The notes under the pieces: generated by a model
The model's database searches: none
What the model was told of the DNA's origin: nothing
Seen by the model: only the letters and a program-made list of their open reading frames with translations
Shown here: one piece after another, positions 19,098 to 26,810 of the stretch
Position numbering within the stretch: position 1 is the first letter of the stretch
Layout: each line of letters starts with the position of its first letter
Program-made: the position numbers and the translations under genes
Virus record (IMG/VR): IMGVR_UViG_3300020161_001528
Span: 1 to 39,711 of that record
Direction: 5' to 3' (one strand)
DNA length: 39,711 nt
Source of the DNA: a virus
Lineage: Duplodnaviria; Caudoviricetes

Positions 19098-20566
19098 AAA
19101 ATAAAAAGAACATAGAACGACTAAGGGAAGAATTACTAAAAGTATTTTCTAGCAGCATTCAATTGTCAGATAATTCTATGTTCAATTCCGAGAGCATACA
19201 GAGTGAAGTTCCTGCCTCAATCCCTACCCCAACAACCACTCCTCAAACTGCAACAGGTCAATCCAAAGATATAAACATAAACGTAAGCGTGCAGGGAGCA
19301 GGAAGTAAAGATGTATATGACAAAAGCGTAGAATATGTTTCTAAGAATAACACATATAATATCAACTTAAAAAAAAATGATAAACCGTTAGAAACAATAT
19401 TGAATACTAGTACTAATTTTATTTCATCCGTTAGTCCTCTTTACTTAAATCCTGCAATAACAACTTCTGAAAATACATTTCATGCTCCACAGGTGATAAC
19501 AAAACAATCACCAACTAAAACATCTAAAAAAGAAACAACAGAAAAGAATATAGCGTCTATGACTTTTATTAGTCAAGAGCCTTATAATTTTTCAACAGAT
19601 TCTGGTTCATATCATGTCTCTAATTACTACCCCAAAACATCGGAAGTTTACAAAAACAATTTTAGTTCAATTGATTATTTCATAAGACGAAGTAGTAATT
19701 CTAACACAAGATCTTCAAATACTAATGTGGTAGAGAATATTGTTAACAAGTCTTCAAATAATAATGTTTTGGAAAATATTATTAACAAGTCTTCAAATAA
19801 TAATGTTTTGGAGAATATTGTTAACAAGTCTTCAAATACTAATGTGGTAGATGGTAATACAACTTCCGAATCGAATACTACAACGAATCAAAGTGTAATT
19901 GAACACAATAGACAACAAATATTTTCTCCAAACTTTACGTTCGCAAAGAGAGAAATGTACTACACAATAGATCCAACTAATAAGGAATCAATCACTGAAA
20001 TTAAAAATATGACATTCAATGATATGAAAACTAGAATGGTCAATAAGATTCAAGCTAGAACAATTGTTAATAATAAAGAAAACAAAATGTTGATTCCTGC
20101 TTTTGCTGAGGGTGGAATGGTAAAGGGTCCTTCCATGATTCTAGCAGGAGAAAAAAATCCAGAAATGATTGTTCCTATGAAATCAAATAATTCCACACAA
20201 ACAATGAAGGCAGATTCTAAAACCTTCCTAGAGGGTGGAAATGTAAGTCAAAAAATAGATTCATATCCCAATGATGCAAATGCCTCTCAGGCAATAGAAA
20301 AGAACATGGTGCTTAAGACTACACCAAGCACAAAGAAACAATTAGATTATGAAGAATTGAACGATTCTAATCAATTACTTTCTAATCCAAAAAAATCAAA
20401 TGCGGTAAATGCTTCTAAATCGTTCTTTGATAATAAACTAATAGAAGCAACACAAGGTAAACCAAAAAGTCTAGACGACGGATTAATTGATTTTTCCGTG
20501 AAGAATAAAAATACATTTATTCAACAGATAAAATCAACACCAGTGTGGAGAACTCAGCATATGTAA
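19094..20566 (+). CDS. Tape-measure/hub-like tail protein (Asn/Ser/Thr-rich)
   Basis: Follows gp26/gp51. Contains FAEGGMVKGPSMILAGEKNPEMIVPM, a motif typical of tape-measure C-terminal regions. Confidence 0.6.
   Translation: MKNKKNIERLREELLKVFSSSIQLSDNSMFNSESIQSEVPASIPTPTTTPQTATGQSKDININVSVQGAGSKDVYDKSVEYVSKNNTYNINLKKNDKPLETILNTSTNFISSVSPLYLNPAITTSENTFHAPQVITKQSPTKTSKKETTEKNIASMTFISQEPYNFSTDSGSYHVSNYYPKTSEVYKNNFSSIDYFIRRSSNSNTRSSNTNVVENIVNKSSNNNVLENIINKSSNNNVLENIVNKSSNTNVVDGNTTSESNTTTNQSVIEHNRQQIFSPNFTFAKREMYYTIDPTNKESITEIKNMTFNDMKTRMVNKIQARTIVNNKENKMLIPAFAEGGMVKGPSMILAGEKNPEMIVPMKSNNSTQTMKADSKTFLEGGNVSQKIDSYPNDANASQAIEKNMVLKTTPSTKKQLDYEELNDSNQLLSNPKKSNAVNASKSFFDNKLIEATQGKPKSLDDGLIDFSVKNKNTFIQQIKSTPVWRTQHM
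19712..19851 (+). repeat. In-frame 39-bp tandem repeat, about 3.6 copies (13-aa unit SSNNNVLENIVNK)
   Basis: TCTTCAAAT recurs at 19712, 19751, 19790 and 19829. Confidence 0.92.
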
Positions 20567-20632
20567 AAAGAAACACCCCCGTGATCCAGCTGCAGCTGGC
20601 GGGGGTGTCGGACGAGAGATGCTATCTCTCGT
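20565..20632 (-). terminator. Intrinsic terminator after gp32, preceded by a second hairpin
   Basis: Minus strand: ACGAGAGAT-AGC-ATCTCTCGT, then ACACCCCCG-CCAGCTGCAGCTGG-ATCA-CGGGGGTGT followed by TTCTTTTT. Confidence 0.8.
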
Positions 20633-20636
20633 GGGG

Positions 20637-21548
20637 TTAGTCGTCTGCGAGCTTCTTGAAATATTCAAGAGCATCAGTTGAGTCATCCACCTCGTCCTCA
20701 ACTGGAGGCTTCTTCGTCTTTGGAGTTCCACCCCACTGCTTTTCAGCGAGTTCTTCTTCATCAACGTCTTCTGCCGTTCGCTGGCCCATTGGGGCCTTAC
20801 CACGAATATCACCCTTGAGTACACTCTCAAGCTTTGTCTTCAGTTCCTCGTAGGTCTTGAAGTTTGAAGGATCGGTGTGTTCCTTCAATGAGTGCTGAGA
20901 ACGCCAAATCTTCTCCAACTGTGCGTCATCCCCACCGACGAGTGGTGATGGTGAATCAAACTCAGACTTGTCGTAGTTGACATATCCACCAACATTACGA
21001 ACCTTGAGCTTGAAATTTGCTCCAGTCCAGAAATTAAACGGATCGATTGGATCCTCATCCTTAAATTCAGGTTGCATTGCCTCCTGAACCTTTTCAAAGA
21101 TCTTTTGTCCGTACTTGAACAGGAAGACCTTTCCTTCATTCTGAGGATTGGCAGGATCGCTAACAACCAGAATGTTGGAGATGTAGTTCAACTTGCGCTT
21201 ACGCTGACGAGCAAGATCCTTATCGCTATCCATGCCACTCTTCCAGAGTAGGCTGTTCATTTCTGAAACAGGATCTTGCTTTCCAAGAGTGGTGAGTGAA
21301 TTCTCAATGTACCAACCACCTGGACCTTGGAATGCGTGGGAATAAAGCTTGACCCACGGAATGTCCTCACCGTCTACTGTTGGGAGGAATCGAATAACAG
21401 CAAAACCGTTCTTTGCCTTATCCAGAGTAGGACGCCAGAAACGCTCGTCCTTGTAATCCTTCTTGCCGCCTTCTTCTTCTGCAAACTTCTTGACCAGAAC
21501 ATCAATGCTGGTCTTTGACTTCTTCTTAAAATCGCTAAATGAGCTCAT
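20637..21548 (-). CDS. gp32: Single-stranded DNA-binding protein gp32
   Basis: DERFWRP...GFAVIRFLP...HAFQGPGGWYIENSLTTLG...EGKVFLFKYG...NYDKSEF, with acidic tail ending DALEYFKKLADD. Confidence 0.97.
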   Translation of the reverse strand: MSSFSDFKKKSKTSIDVLVKKFAEEEGGKKDYKDERFWRPTLDKAKNGFAVIRFLPTVDGEDIPWVKLYSHAFQGPGGWYIENSLTTLGKQDPVSEMNSLLWKSGMDSDKDLARQRKRKLNYISNILVVSDPANPQNEGKVFLFKYGQKIFEKVQEAMQPEFKDEDPIDPFNFWTGANFKLKVRNVGGYVNYDKSEFDSPSPLVGGDDAQLEKIWRSQHSLKEHTDPSNFKTYEELKTKLESVLKGDIRGKAPMGQRTAEDVDEEELAEKQWGGTPKTKKPPVEDEVDDSTDALEYFKKLADD

Positions 21549-21560
21549 AAACTCTCCTTC

Positions 21561-21607
21561 CCGAAGATCTCCTTCGGACTAAAACTGAACGGTGGGAACT
21601 CCCCACC
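21561..21607 (-). promoter_or_regulatory. Twin hairpins in the gp32 5' leader
   Basis: GGTGGG-GAGTT-CCCACC (21591-21607) and CCGAAG-GAGAT-CTTCGG (21561-21577), directly before SD GAAGGAG. Confidence 0.6.
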
Positions 21608-21619
21608 ACTGACAAGACA

Positions 21620-21648
21620 AGTATACCACACTACCATGTGCCGTTCAA
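21620..21648 (-). promoter_or_regulatory. Sigma70-type promoter for gp32
   Basis: TTGAAC-17 nt-TATACT with an extended -10 TG. Confidence 0.75.
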
Positions 21649-21872
21649 GCAAAAGGTAATGAGTTCTTTTTTCTTGGTAAAAGATTTAACTTCTGTCCCT
21701 CTTCCTGCAATTTCTCAACTATTGGTTGTGATAATAGTTTAGGGGAGACACTTATATCTAAAGAATTTTCCTCTAGGATATAAATAATTGCATCCATATA
21801 CGAGCAATCTTTTTCTTTTACTCTATTTTCGACTTTCTTAGAAAAGTCTTCTTTACTTAGTTCAATAAACAT
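21645..21872 (-). CDS. gp33: Late-transcription coactivator gp33
   Basis: FSKKVENRVKEKDCSYMDAII...KLLSQPIVEKLQEEG..LNLLP...LPF, upstream of gp32. Confidence 0.88.
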   Translation of the reverse strand: MFIELSKEDFSKKVENRVKEKDCSYMDAIIYILEENSLDISVSPKLLSQPIVEKLQEEGQKLNLLPRKKNSLPFA

Positions 21873-21884
21873 ATGTTATCTTTC

Positions 21885-21907
21885 TATTTATATTACCATT
21901 ATACATA
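21885..21907. promoter_or_regulatory. Divergent late promoters: TATAAATA (minus, 21885-21892, towards gp33) and variant TATACATA (plus, 21900-21907)
   Basis: Both motifs lie in the 54-nt divergent intergenic gap. Confidence 0.6.
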
Positions 21908-21926
21908 GTTCTTAGAAGGAATCAAG

Positions 21927-23189
21927 ATGCCATACACATTCGATAATATATTAATTACGACCGCAACCGGAGATGCGTATTTAGCAACAGATTGGGGTAC
22001 TAGTGGAACTGGATTTACACAATCACATGTTCCTGTATCAAAACTAGCATACGGTGACCAAAACACCACCACTAGAGTAACCTCATCGACTCCTCTTCCA
22101 ACTTATCTGTATGGATCTACTGGTGGTTCTGTAAGTATAACAGGTTATATTAGCGGATCAAGTAATCCTATCGAAATTATTAATGATTCCGGTACATATC
22201 TTCAAATTGCAGGAACTACCTTCTCTTCCACTGCTGTAGGTATCACTGGTACTATTCAAGGATTTACAAACGCATATCCCGTAGGTGTAACTGGAACTGT
22301 TACCATCGGCTCGAATGTTTCTATAATAGGTGTATCTGGTGGCCAGGCGGTTGGTATTACTGGTGGAAGATTCTTAAATAAAAATACAGACGCTGTAACT
22401 GTTCATGGAAATGTAGGGATTAGCGGTGGATTGAATTTAACATCTGCAACAGATAGCATTGCGGTATATGGTGCAGACTATGGTCAAAAAGTTCTAACGA
22501 GATTGTACGCTTCAGATGGTGCTACTCTTGGATATACCAGCGATTCATTAAAGGTATATCTTACAAATGCAGGAATTACTTTCTCGGTTTCTGTTGCCGC
22601 GACCGTAGGAGTGACCAATGCAGGCCCTGCTGGTTTAATGGTAAGAGGAACTGGTGTTACCTCAGATCATCCAGTAATAATTAAGGGTCAAGCAGCCAGT
22701 GGTGCAGTTGAAATTACTAGCAGTAGTAACCTTCCAGTAACTGTACAAAATGCTACCCTTACCATTGATGATACAGATCTTCTAGAAGCACTAGGAACTG
22801 ATGGAGATCTATACACTGCACTTACTAATATAAGAACAAATACTAGTTCTATTACTTCAATAAGTGAGAAGATATCTTCTGGAGTTATCTCCGTAAAGAT
22901 CACCGAAAATGTAAAACCATCTGCTGTAAGAAGCGGTAAAAAGAATGCAACATCAACTGCTTCTCAATTACTGGCAACATCTGTGAAATTAAATTCAGGT
23001 GTTCATATTAAATCGCTATCGACAAATAGTGATGTGGTTTATATTGGTTCAAATGCACTATTAAGTGCAGGGACAGACGGATACCCACTAGAACCCGGAG
23101 AATCTATATTCATAGAGATTAATAATCTAACCAATCTTTATGTTAAAGCAAACAGCGGAACTCAAATAATTAATTATGTAGCGACATAA
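21927..23189 (+). CDS. Gly/Thr-rich putative virion structural (fibre-like) protein
   Basis: Repeated VGITG/VGVTG/VGISG motifs and a C-terminal VHIKS...VYIG...GYPLEPGESIFIE..NL..LYV beta domain. AAGGA SD. Confidence 0.6.
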   Translation: MPYTFDNILITTATGDAYLATDWGTSGTGFTQSHVPVSKLAYGDQNTTTRVTSSTPLPTYLYGSTGGSVSITGYISGSSNPIEIINDSGTYLQIAGTTFSSTAVGITGTIQGFTNAYPVGVTGTVTIGSNVSIIGVSGGQAVGITGGRFLNKNTDAVTVHGNVGISGGLNLTSATDSIAVYGADYGQKVLTRLYASDGATLGYTSDSLKVYLTNAGITFSVSVAATVGVTNAGPAGLMVRGTGVTSDHPVIIKGQAASGAVEITSSSNLPVTVQNATLTIDDTDLLEALGTDGDLYTALTNIRTNTSSITSISEKISSGVISVKITENVKPSAVRSGKKNATSTASQLLATSVKLNSGVHIKSLSTNSDVVYIGSNALLSAGTDGYPLEPGESIFIEINNLTNLYVKANSGTQIINYVAT

Positions 23190-23190
23190 T

Positions 23191-24252
23191 ATGAACCCAT
23201 CGTTCAACAAACAAAGAAAAGTTGTAACCAAACAACTTAAAAAAGAAGCAAAGAAAAACTCTTCTCTTGTTCTTTGTAGAACTGGGATACTCTATGGTCT
23301 TATATACAAAGATCTAGTTAGCGCAGATGTAAGTACAAAATCAGGTCTTACTGCTACTCCAAATGTGGTATTCAATGATAATCAAACAGTAGTATTTTTT
23401 GATTTTTCAGACTTCAAGAATGTATCAAATACTTCCACTGAGTTTAATAAATTTTGGAAGAGAACGTCAGTTGGTCAGAACTTTACTGTAACCAATGGTG
23501 AATTGTTCAATGAAGCATATCAAAAGAAATATGATCTATCTGGCACATATCAAATACAAGAAATAGGCGATCAGATTGTAAAGGCAGCAGTAGTTAGCGT
23601 CACATCAAAGAATACGGACATAAGTTTATATTCAAAGATGGAGTTTCTTACAACACCGTCATTTGAGATTACTATCACGGATACTGTTAATAGAGAAACA
23701 AATACAACTGTACTTGTAAATACATTTGGCGCCAATTCAAAAAATTCATTTACATACCTTGGTGCTGGGATAGGCGACTTCATATCAATACAAGAAAAAG
23801 ATGAAACCTTTGAGATTTTAGAATTCAAGATCGATAACGAAGGAAAAGAACTTGTAAAAATAAAAGGTGATATCTCCGATGAAGACAGAGATACCACCAA
23901 AACTTTTATCAAGTTGTATATTAAAACTAAACCAAATGTAGAATATCCCAGTGTTAGTTTAGAAAATCCAGGACCAATTGGTTCTTGTGAAGTAACGAAC
24001 AACGGTGTAATTGTTAGTTGTCATGAAAACCAAACAAAAGATCAATGTTCTTTAAGAAAAAAGATACAGTCAAACACTGTATCTTTTTCGGAGGGAAGCA
24101 ATTGTTCTGGAAATGCTTTATTTATTCAGACAAAACAAGAAACTGTTACTTCTACAACACCTGCTGCACTAAAACGAGATGAAATCGTTGCTAGACTTTT
24201 AAAGCAGGCTTCTAATAACTTTGGAAGAACTAGTTCGGGTAAGATATTTTAA
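23191..24252 (+). CDS. Hypothetical protein with one Cys-rich module near the C-terminus
   Basis: 353-aa ORF coupled to the upstream gene. Contains GSCEV...SCHENQTKDQC...FSEGSNC. Confidence 0.6.
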   Translation: MNPSFNKQRKVVTKQLKKEAKKNSSLVLCRTGILYGLIYKDLVSADVSTKSGLTATPNVVFNDNQTVVFFDFSDFKNVSNTSTEFNKFWKRTSVGQNFTVTNGELFNEAYQKKYDLSGTYQIQEIGDQIVKAAVVSVTSKNTDISLYSKMEFLTTPSFEITITDTVNRETNTTVLVNTFGANSKNSFTYLGAGIGDFISIQEKDETFEILEFKIDNEGKELVKIKGDISDEDRDTTKTFIKLYIKTKPNVEYPSVSLENPGPIGSCEVTNNGVIVSCHENQTKDQCSLRKKIQSNTVSFSEGSNCSGNALFIQTKQETVTSTTPAALKRDEIVARLLKQASNNFGRTSSGKIF

Positions 24253-24581
24253 ATCTTACGAACCGACTTAACCTTATTGCTCTTTGGGTGTTCATAAGTG
24301 ATCTTTTTCACTCGATCATTAACATTTTCCATTTGCTCTTTAACATCATAGTAACGATTGAAAAGAGTATCGGTGTCTAGCTTACAATAAGCCACCTCGT
24401 CTATCAATTCCTTCTTAGTCACATAGAGTTCATGTGGTAGAAGAATAAATGCCCAAGTATTCATCAGACAAGAAAACAAAAGGCATACAAACACAGCAAC
24501 CTTATCATTTCCAAGAAATGCTCCAGCACCAATACCAATTGCAAGACATGACAGAAGATTCAAAATCCTAATTTTACTCAT
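24249..24581 (-). CDS. Small membrane protein (two N-terminal hydrophobic segments plus charged tail)
   Basis: Start moved to ATG 24581 (AAGGA SD, overlaps the upstream stop). Reads MSKIRILNLLSCLAIGIGAGAFLGNDKVAVFVCLLFSCLMNTWAFILL. Confidence 0.7.
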   Translation of the reverse strand: MSKIRILNLLSCLAIGIGAGAFLGNDKVAVFVCLLFSCLMNTWAFILLPHELYVTKKELIDEVAYCKLDTDTLFNRYYDVKEQMENVNDRVKKITYEHPKSNKVKSVRKI

Positions 24582-24975
24582 AGAGTTTCCTTTCATAATC
24601 AGAGAGTAGTTCAAAACCAGTATCCGTAGTATACCAAATCTCATCAAACATTTCAATACACCAAGGTAAACAATGCTTGCATGGTTTGGAGTTACGAAGT
24701 TCCTCAAATCGATTCATACGGATATTGACCAGTTTGAGTTTACGAAGATCCTTCTTGTACTTCTTTGGAAGTTTGTTGAAGGCATCTAGTTCGGAATGGA
24801 CACACCCAATGACATATCCATACTTATTTGCCAATGGGTGAGTCTTAAAAACATTTGTACCAACAGAGACAAGTTTGCTCTTGTGGTAGATTAAACTTAC
24901 ATGCTTCTTCTGTCGTTGAAGACCAAGACAAATAGGCTTCACATCACGAAGAATATCATTGAAGTCGAGAATCAT
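24574..24975 (-). CDS. Zn-dependent cytidine/deoxycytidylate deaminase-superfamily protein
   Basis: VSVGTN..KTHP, HSE (HxE), SKPCKHC (PCxxC) and IWYTT. Confidence 0.85.
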   Translation of the reverse strand: MILDFNDILRDVKPICLGLQRQKKHVSLIYHKSKLVSVGTNVFKTHPLANKYGYVIGCVHSELDAFNKLPKKYKKDLRKLKLVNIRMNRFEELRNSKPCKHCLPWCIEMFDEIWYTTDTGFELLSDYERKLYE

Positions 24976-24982
24976 ATTGAAG

Positions 24983-25056
24983 CGTTTCCGATTGGGTTCG
25001 AACCAATGACCTGCCGCTTAGAAGGCGGCTGCTCTATCCAACTGAGCTACGGAAAC
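24983..25056 (-). tRNA. tRNA-Arg(UCU)
   Basis: Cloverleaf GTTTCCG/CGGAAAC, D arm GCTC/GAGC, anticodon arm GCCGC-CTTCTAA-GCGGC, T loop TTCGAAC. CCA not encoded. Confidence 0.96.
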
Positions 25057-25068
25057 GAATATGGACAT

Positions 25069-25097
25069 AGTATACTAGATACCATGTCCATAGTCAA
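25069..25097 (-). promoter_or_regulatory. Sigma70-type promoter for tRNA-Arg and the deaminase
   Basis: TTGACT-17 nt-TATACT. The -10 is flanked by the inverted repeat ATGGACAT/ATGTCCAT. Confidence 0.8.
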
Positions 25098-25111
25098 GTC
25101 CGTTTAAATTA

Positions 25112-25426
25112 TTAAACGCTAAGTTTCAGATCTGCCGGATTGATAATGCTCTTGGCGGGTGGCACAAAAAGACCACCAACGATGACGGTGCTGTAGTGTT
25201 CTTCAAGTTCCTTCTGTGCAGGAACTGTAAAAAGAACATGCTTGGTATCTACAGTAATTCCATCTTCAATATCGGCATATGGTAGCCACTTCGCAAACAT
25301 GAGCTTACCTTCAGGGGTGGGCAGAAGAACTGCCGGATCCTTTAGAGTGAGAGTGCCTTCACCCTCAGTAACATTCGCAATAATTTCTTCACCACTAACA
25401 AGACGAGTAATAACAATATTAGCCAT
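25112..25426 (-). CDS. Conserved T4-like phage small protein, Sm/Lsm-like fold
   Basis: RLVSGEEIIA...LKDPAVL...FAKWLPYA...HVLF..P...L..HY pattern. AAGGAG SD. Confidence 0.7.
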   Translation of the reverse strand: MANIVITRLVSGEEIIANVTEGEGTLTLKDPAVLLPTPEGKLMFAKWLPYADIEDGITVDTKHVLFTVPAQKELEEHYSTVIVGGLFVPPAKSIINPADLKLSV

Positions 25427-25435
25427 AATATCTCC

Positions 25436-25657
25436 TTAATTTTCACACTGGCAACAACGACCCATAATACGATCCCAAAGCGAACACTTTGGTGGTTTAT
25501 CTACCGGCCAAGATTGACCAGTTACATCTTCTAAGCAATTAGAATTTTTGATATCAATTGCACGGGATGATGCTTCAATGAATTCATCTTCTGTAAACAG
25601 AAGATCAACACATCTACCATCAATCACTTTCTTTACATGAATATATTCATTGTTCAT
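25436..25657 (-). CDS. Hypothetical protein, Cys-rich C-terminus (73 aa)
   Basis: Start moved to ATG 25657 (AAGGA SD) because the ORF-track start lies inside the tmRNA. Confidence 0.7.
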   Translation of the reverse strand: MNNEYIHVKKVIDGRCVDLLFTEDEFIEASSRAIDIKNSNCLEDVTGQSWPVDKPPKCSLWDRIMGRCCQCEN

Positions 25658-25674
25658 AAAAACATCCTTTATAA

Positions 25675-26038
25675 TGGAGGCCGGGGGAGTCGAACCCCCG
25701 TGTACCCTACACTTATGCATAAGCCCTACATGATTAGTTTCTTTTCATAAACAATTTCGTAAGGTAAGAAACAAACTTACGAATTGCTTTGACTGTTAAT
25801 TTCGAATCGTTTACCAGTCACTCACGATTCTATCAGATTTGAGAAGTCAGGAATTATCTGAGTCACTTCCTGTACCCTCTTGACGGTCCTAGTGAATTAA
25901 GGATCGACTGTTTCTCAAGCAGCCATTGCAAATGCTCTAGTGTTGGCATTTGTGGTTTGGTTGTTTTTAACGAAGCCATCAACCATCTTCGTCATGCTCT
26001 TTTACATTTGTCTAGAATATCGAATCCGATTAGCCCCC
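25675..26038 (-). ncRNA. ssrA: tmRNA (364 nt), tag peptide (A)ANTRAFAMAA*
   Basis: 5' end GGGGGCTAATCGGATTCGA; 3' end GGGGG-TTCGACT-CCCCC-GGCCTCC-A. Acceptor stem has the G3-U70 alanine determinant. Tag frame GCC AAC ACT AGA GCA TTT GCA ATG GCT GCT TGA at 25947-25915. CCA not encoded. Confidence 0.95.
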
Positions 26039-26677
26039 TGGTATACTACTTTTGATAACAAATTTACCGCCTGGTAATAACGCATACGAATATTTATTTG
26101 GTTTTTCTCTCTTTGGATCAATTCCTTCAACTCCACCTCTACCGGCACTTGCTTCTACTTGTGCAATAACTTTAGCATTTCCTCTACCTTTTGGTATACT
26201 AGTTAAATTTACTGCACCATTTACTACACTACCAAACTGAGATGAAATTTGCCTTGTGTTGCCTTTTGGGCCCACTAAGTAAAAACTACCCTGATGATTA
26301 ACAATATGATGTTCTTCTCCAGGCTCTCCTGTTTTCTTATCTCTAATTATGACAGATCCAACATCACCGCGTTGCATTCCTTTTAGAAGATCTAGAGTCT
26401 CTTTATGTCGTTTGGCGTGCTCCTGTTGTTTTTTTGCCGCAACTTTACCAGCAGTCTTTTTCTTTGCTGCCTCTTTTCTTGCGGCATCCAGTCTCTTTGC
26501 GGCCTTGCGTTGTCTTATTCTTTCATCAACAGCAATGGACATTCTTTCGTTTTCTGATTTCATGCCCTTTTGGTGCGCCGCTGCTTGTCTAAAAGCCTTT
26601 GCAGAACTTCCCTCCTGTAAAGATCCCCAAGCACCTGATTTGACCAACGATTCTAAAAGTCCTCTGAGTGTTTTCAT
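26030..26677 (-). CDS. Basic late protein, possible internal head protein; last two codons and stop lie inside the tmRNA
   Basis: ATG 26677 with GAGG SD and an upstream TATAAATA. Begins MKTLRGLLES...SLQE and is Lys/Ala-rich. Confidence 0.7.
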   Translation of the reverse strand: MKTLRGLLESLVKSGAWGSLQEGSSAKAFRQAAAHQKGMKSENERMSIAVDERIRQRKAAKRLDAARKEAAKKKTAGKVAAKKQQEHAKRHKETLDLLKGMQRGDVGSVIIRDKKTGEPGEEHHIVNHQGSFYLVGPKGNTRQISSQFGSVVNGAVNLTSIPKGRGNAKVIAQVEASAGRGGVEGIDPKREKPNKYSYALLPGGKFVIKSSIPGG

Positions 26678-26693
26678 ATAGTACCTCAAAGGA

Positions 26694-26701
26694 TATTTAT
26701 A
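26694..26701 (-). promoter_or_regulatory. T4-type late promoter TATAAATA
   Basis: Exact motif in the intergenic gap. Confidence 0.75.
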
Positions 26702-26708
26702 ATCGAAT

Positions 26709-26801
26709 TCACTTCATCCGAGAGAGTTTCATTGCACGACGCTTCTTTGAACCCATCTTACGACGGCGCCCAAACTTTGTATGTGTTCCTTTGCGACTCA
26801 T
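26709..26801 (-). CDS. 30-aa highly basic peptide MSRKGTHTKFGRRRKMGSKKRRAMKLSRMK
   Basis: Below the ORF-track cutoff. Strong AAGGAG SD; fills the gap between neighbours. Confidence 0.75.
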   Translation of the reverse strand: MSRKGTHTKFGRRRKMGSKKRRAMKLSRMK

Positions 26802-26810
26802 ATATTCTCC

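Noticed and set aside
19712-19851. 39-bp repeat read as CRISPR
   Set aside because: Contiguous in-frame coding repeats with no unique spacers.
24249-24581. Holin assignment
   Set aside because: Two hydrophobic segments fit, but it lies in a sigma70-driven operon with no adjacent endolysin, so support is insufficient.
25675-25705. Isolated tRNA 3' half or integration-site remnant
   Set aside because: It pairs with the 5' end at 26038 and encloses a tag ORF, so it is the tmRNA 3' end.
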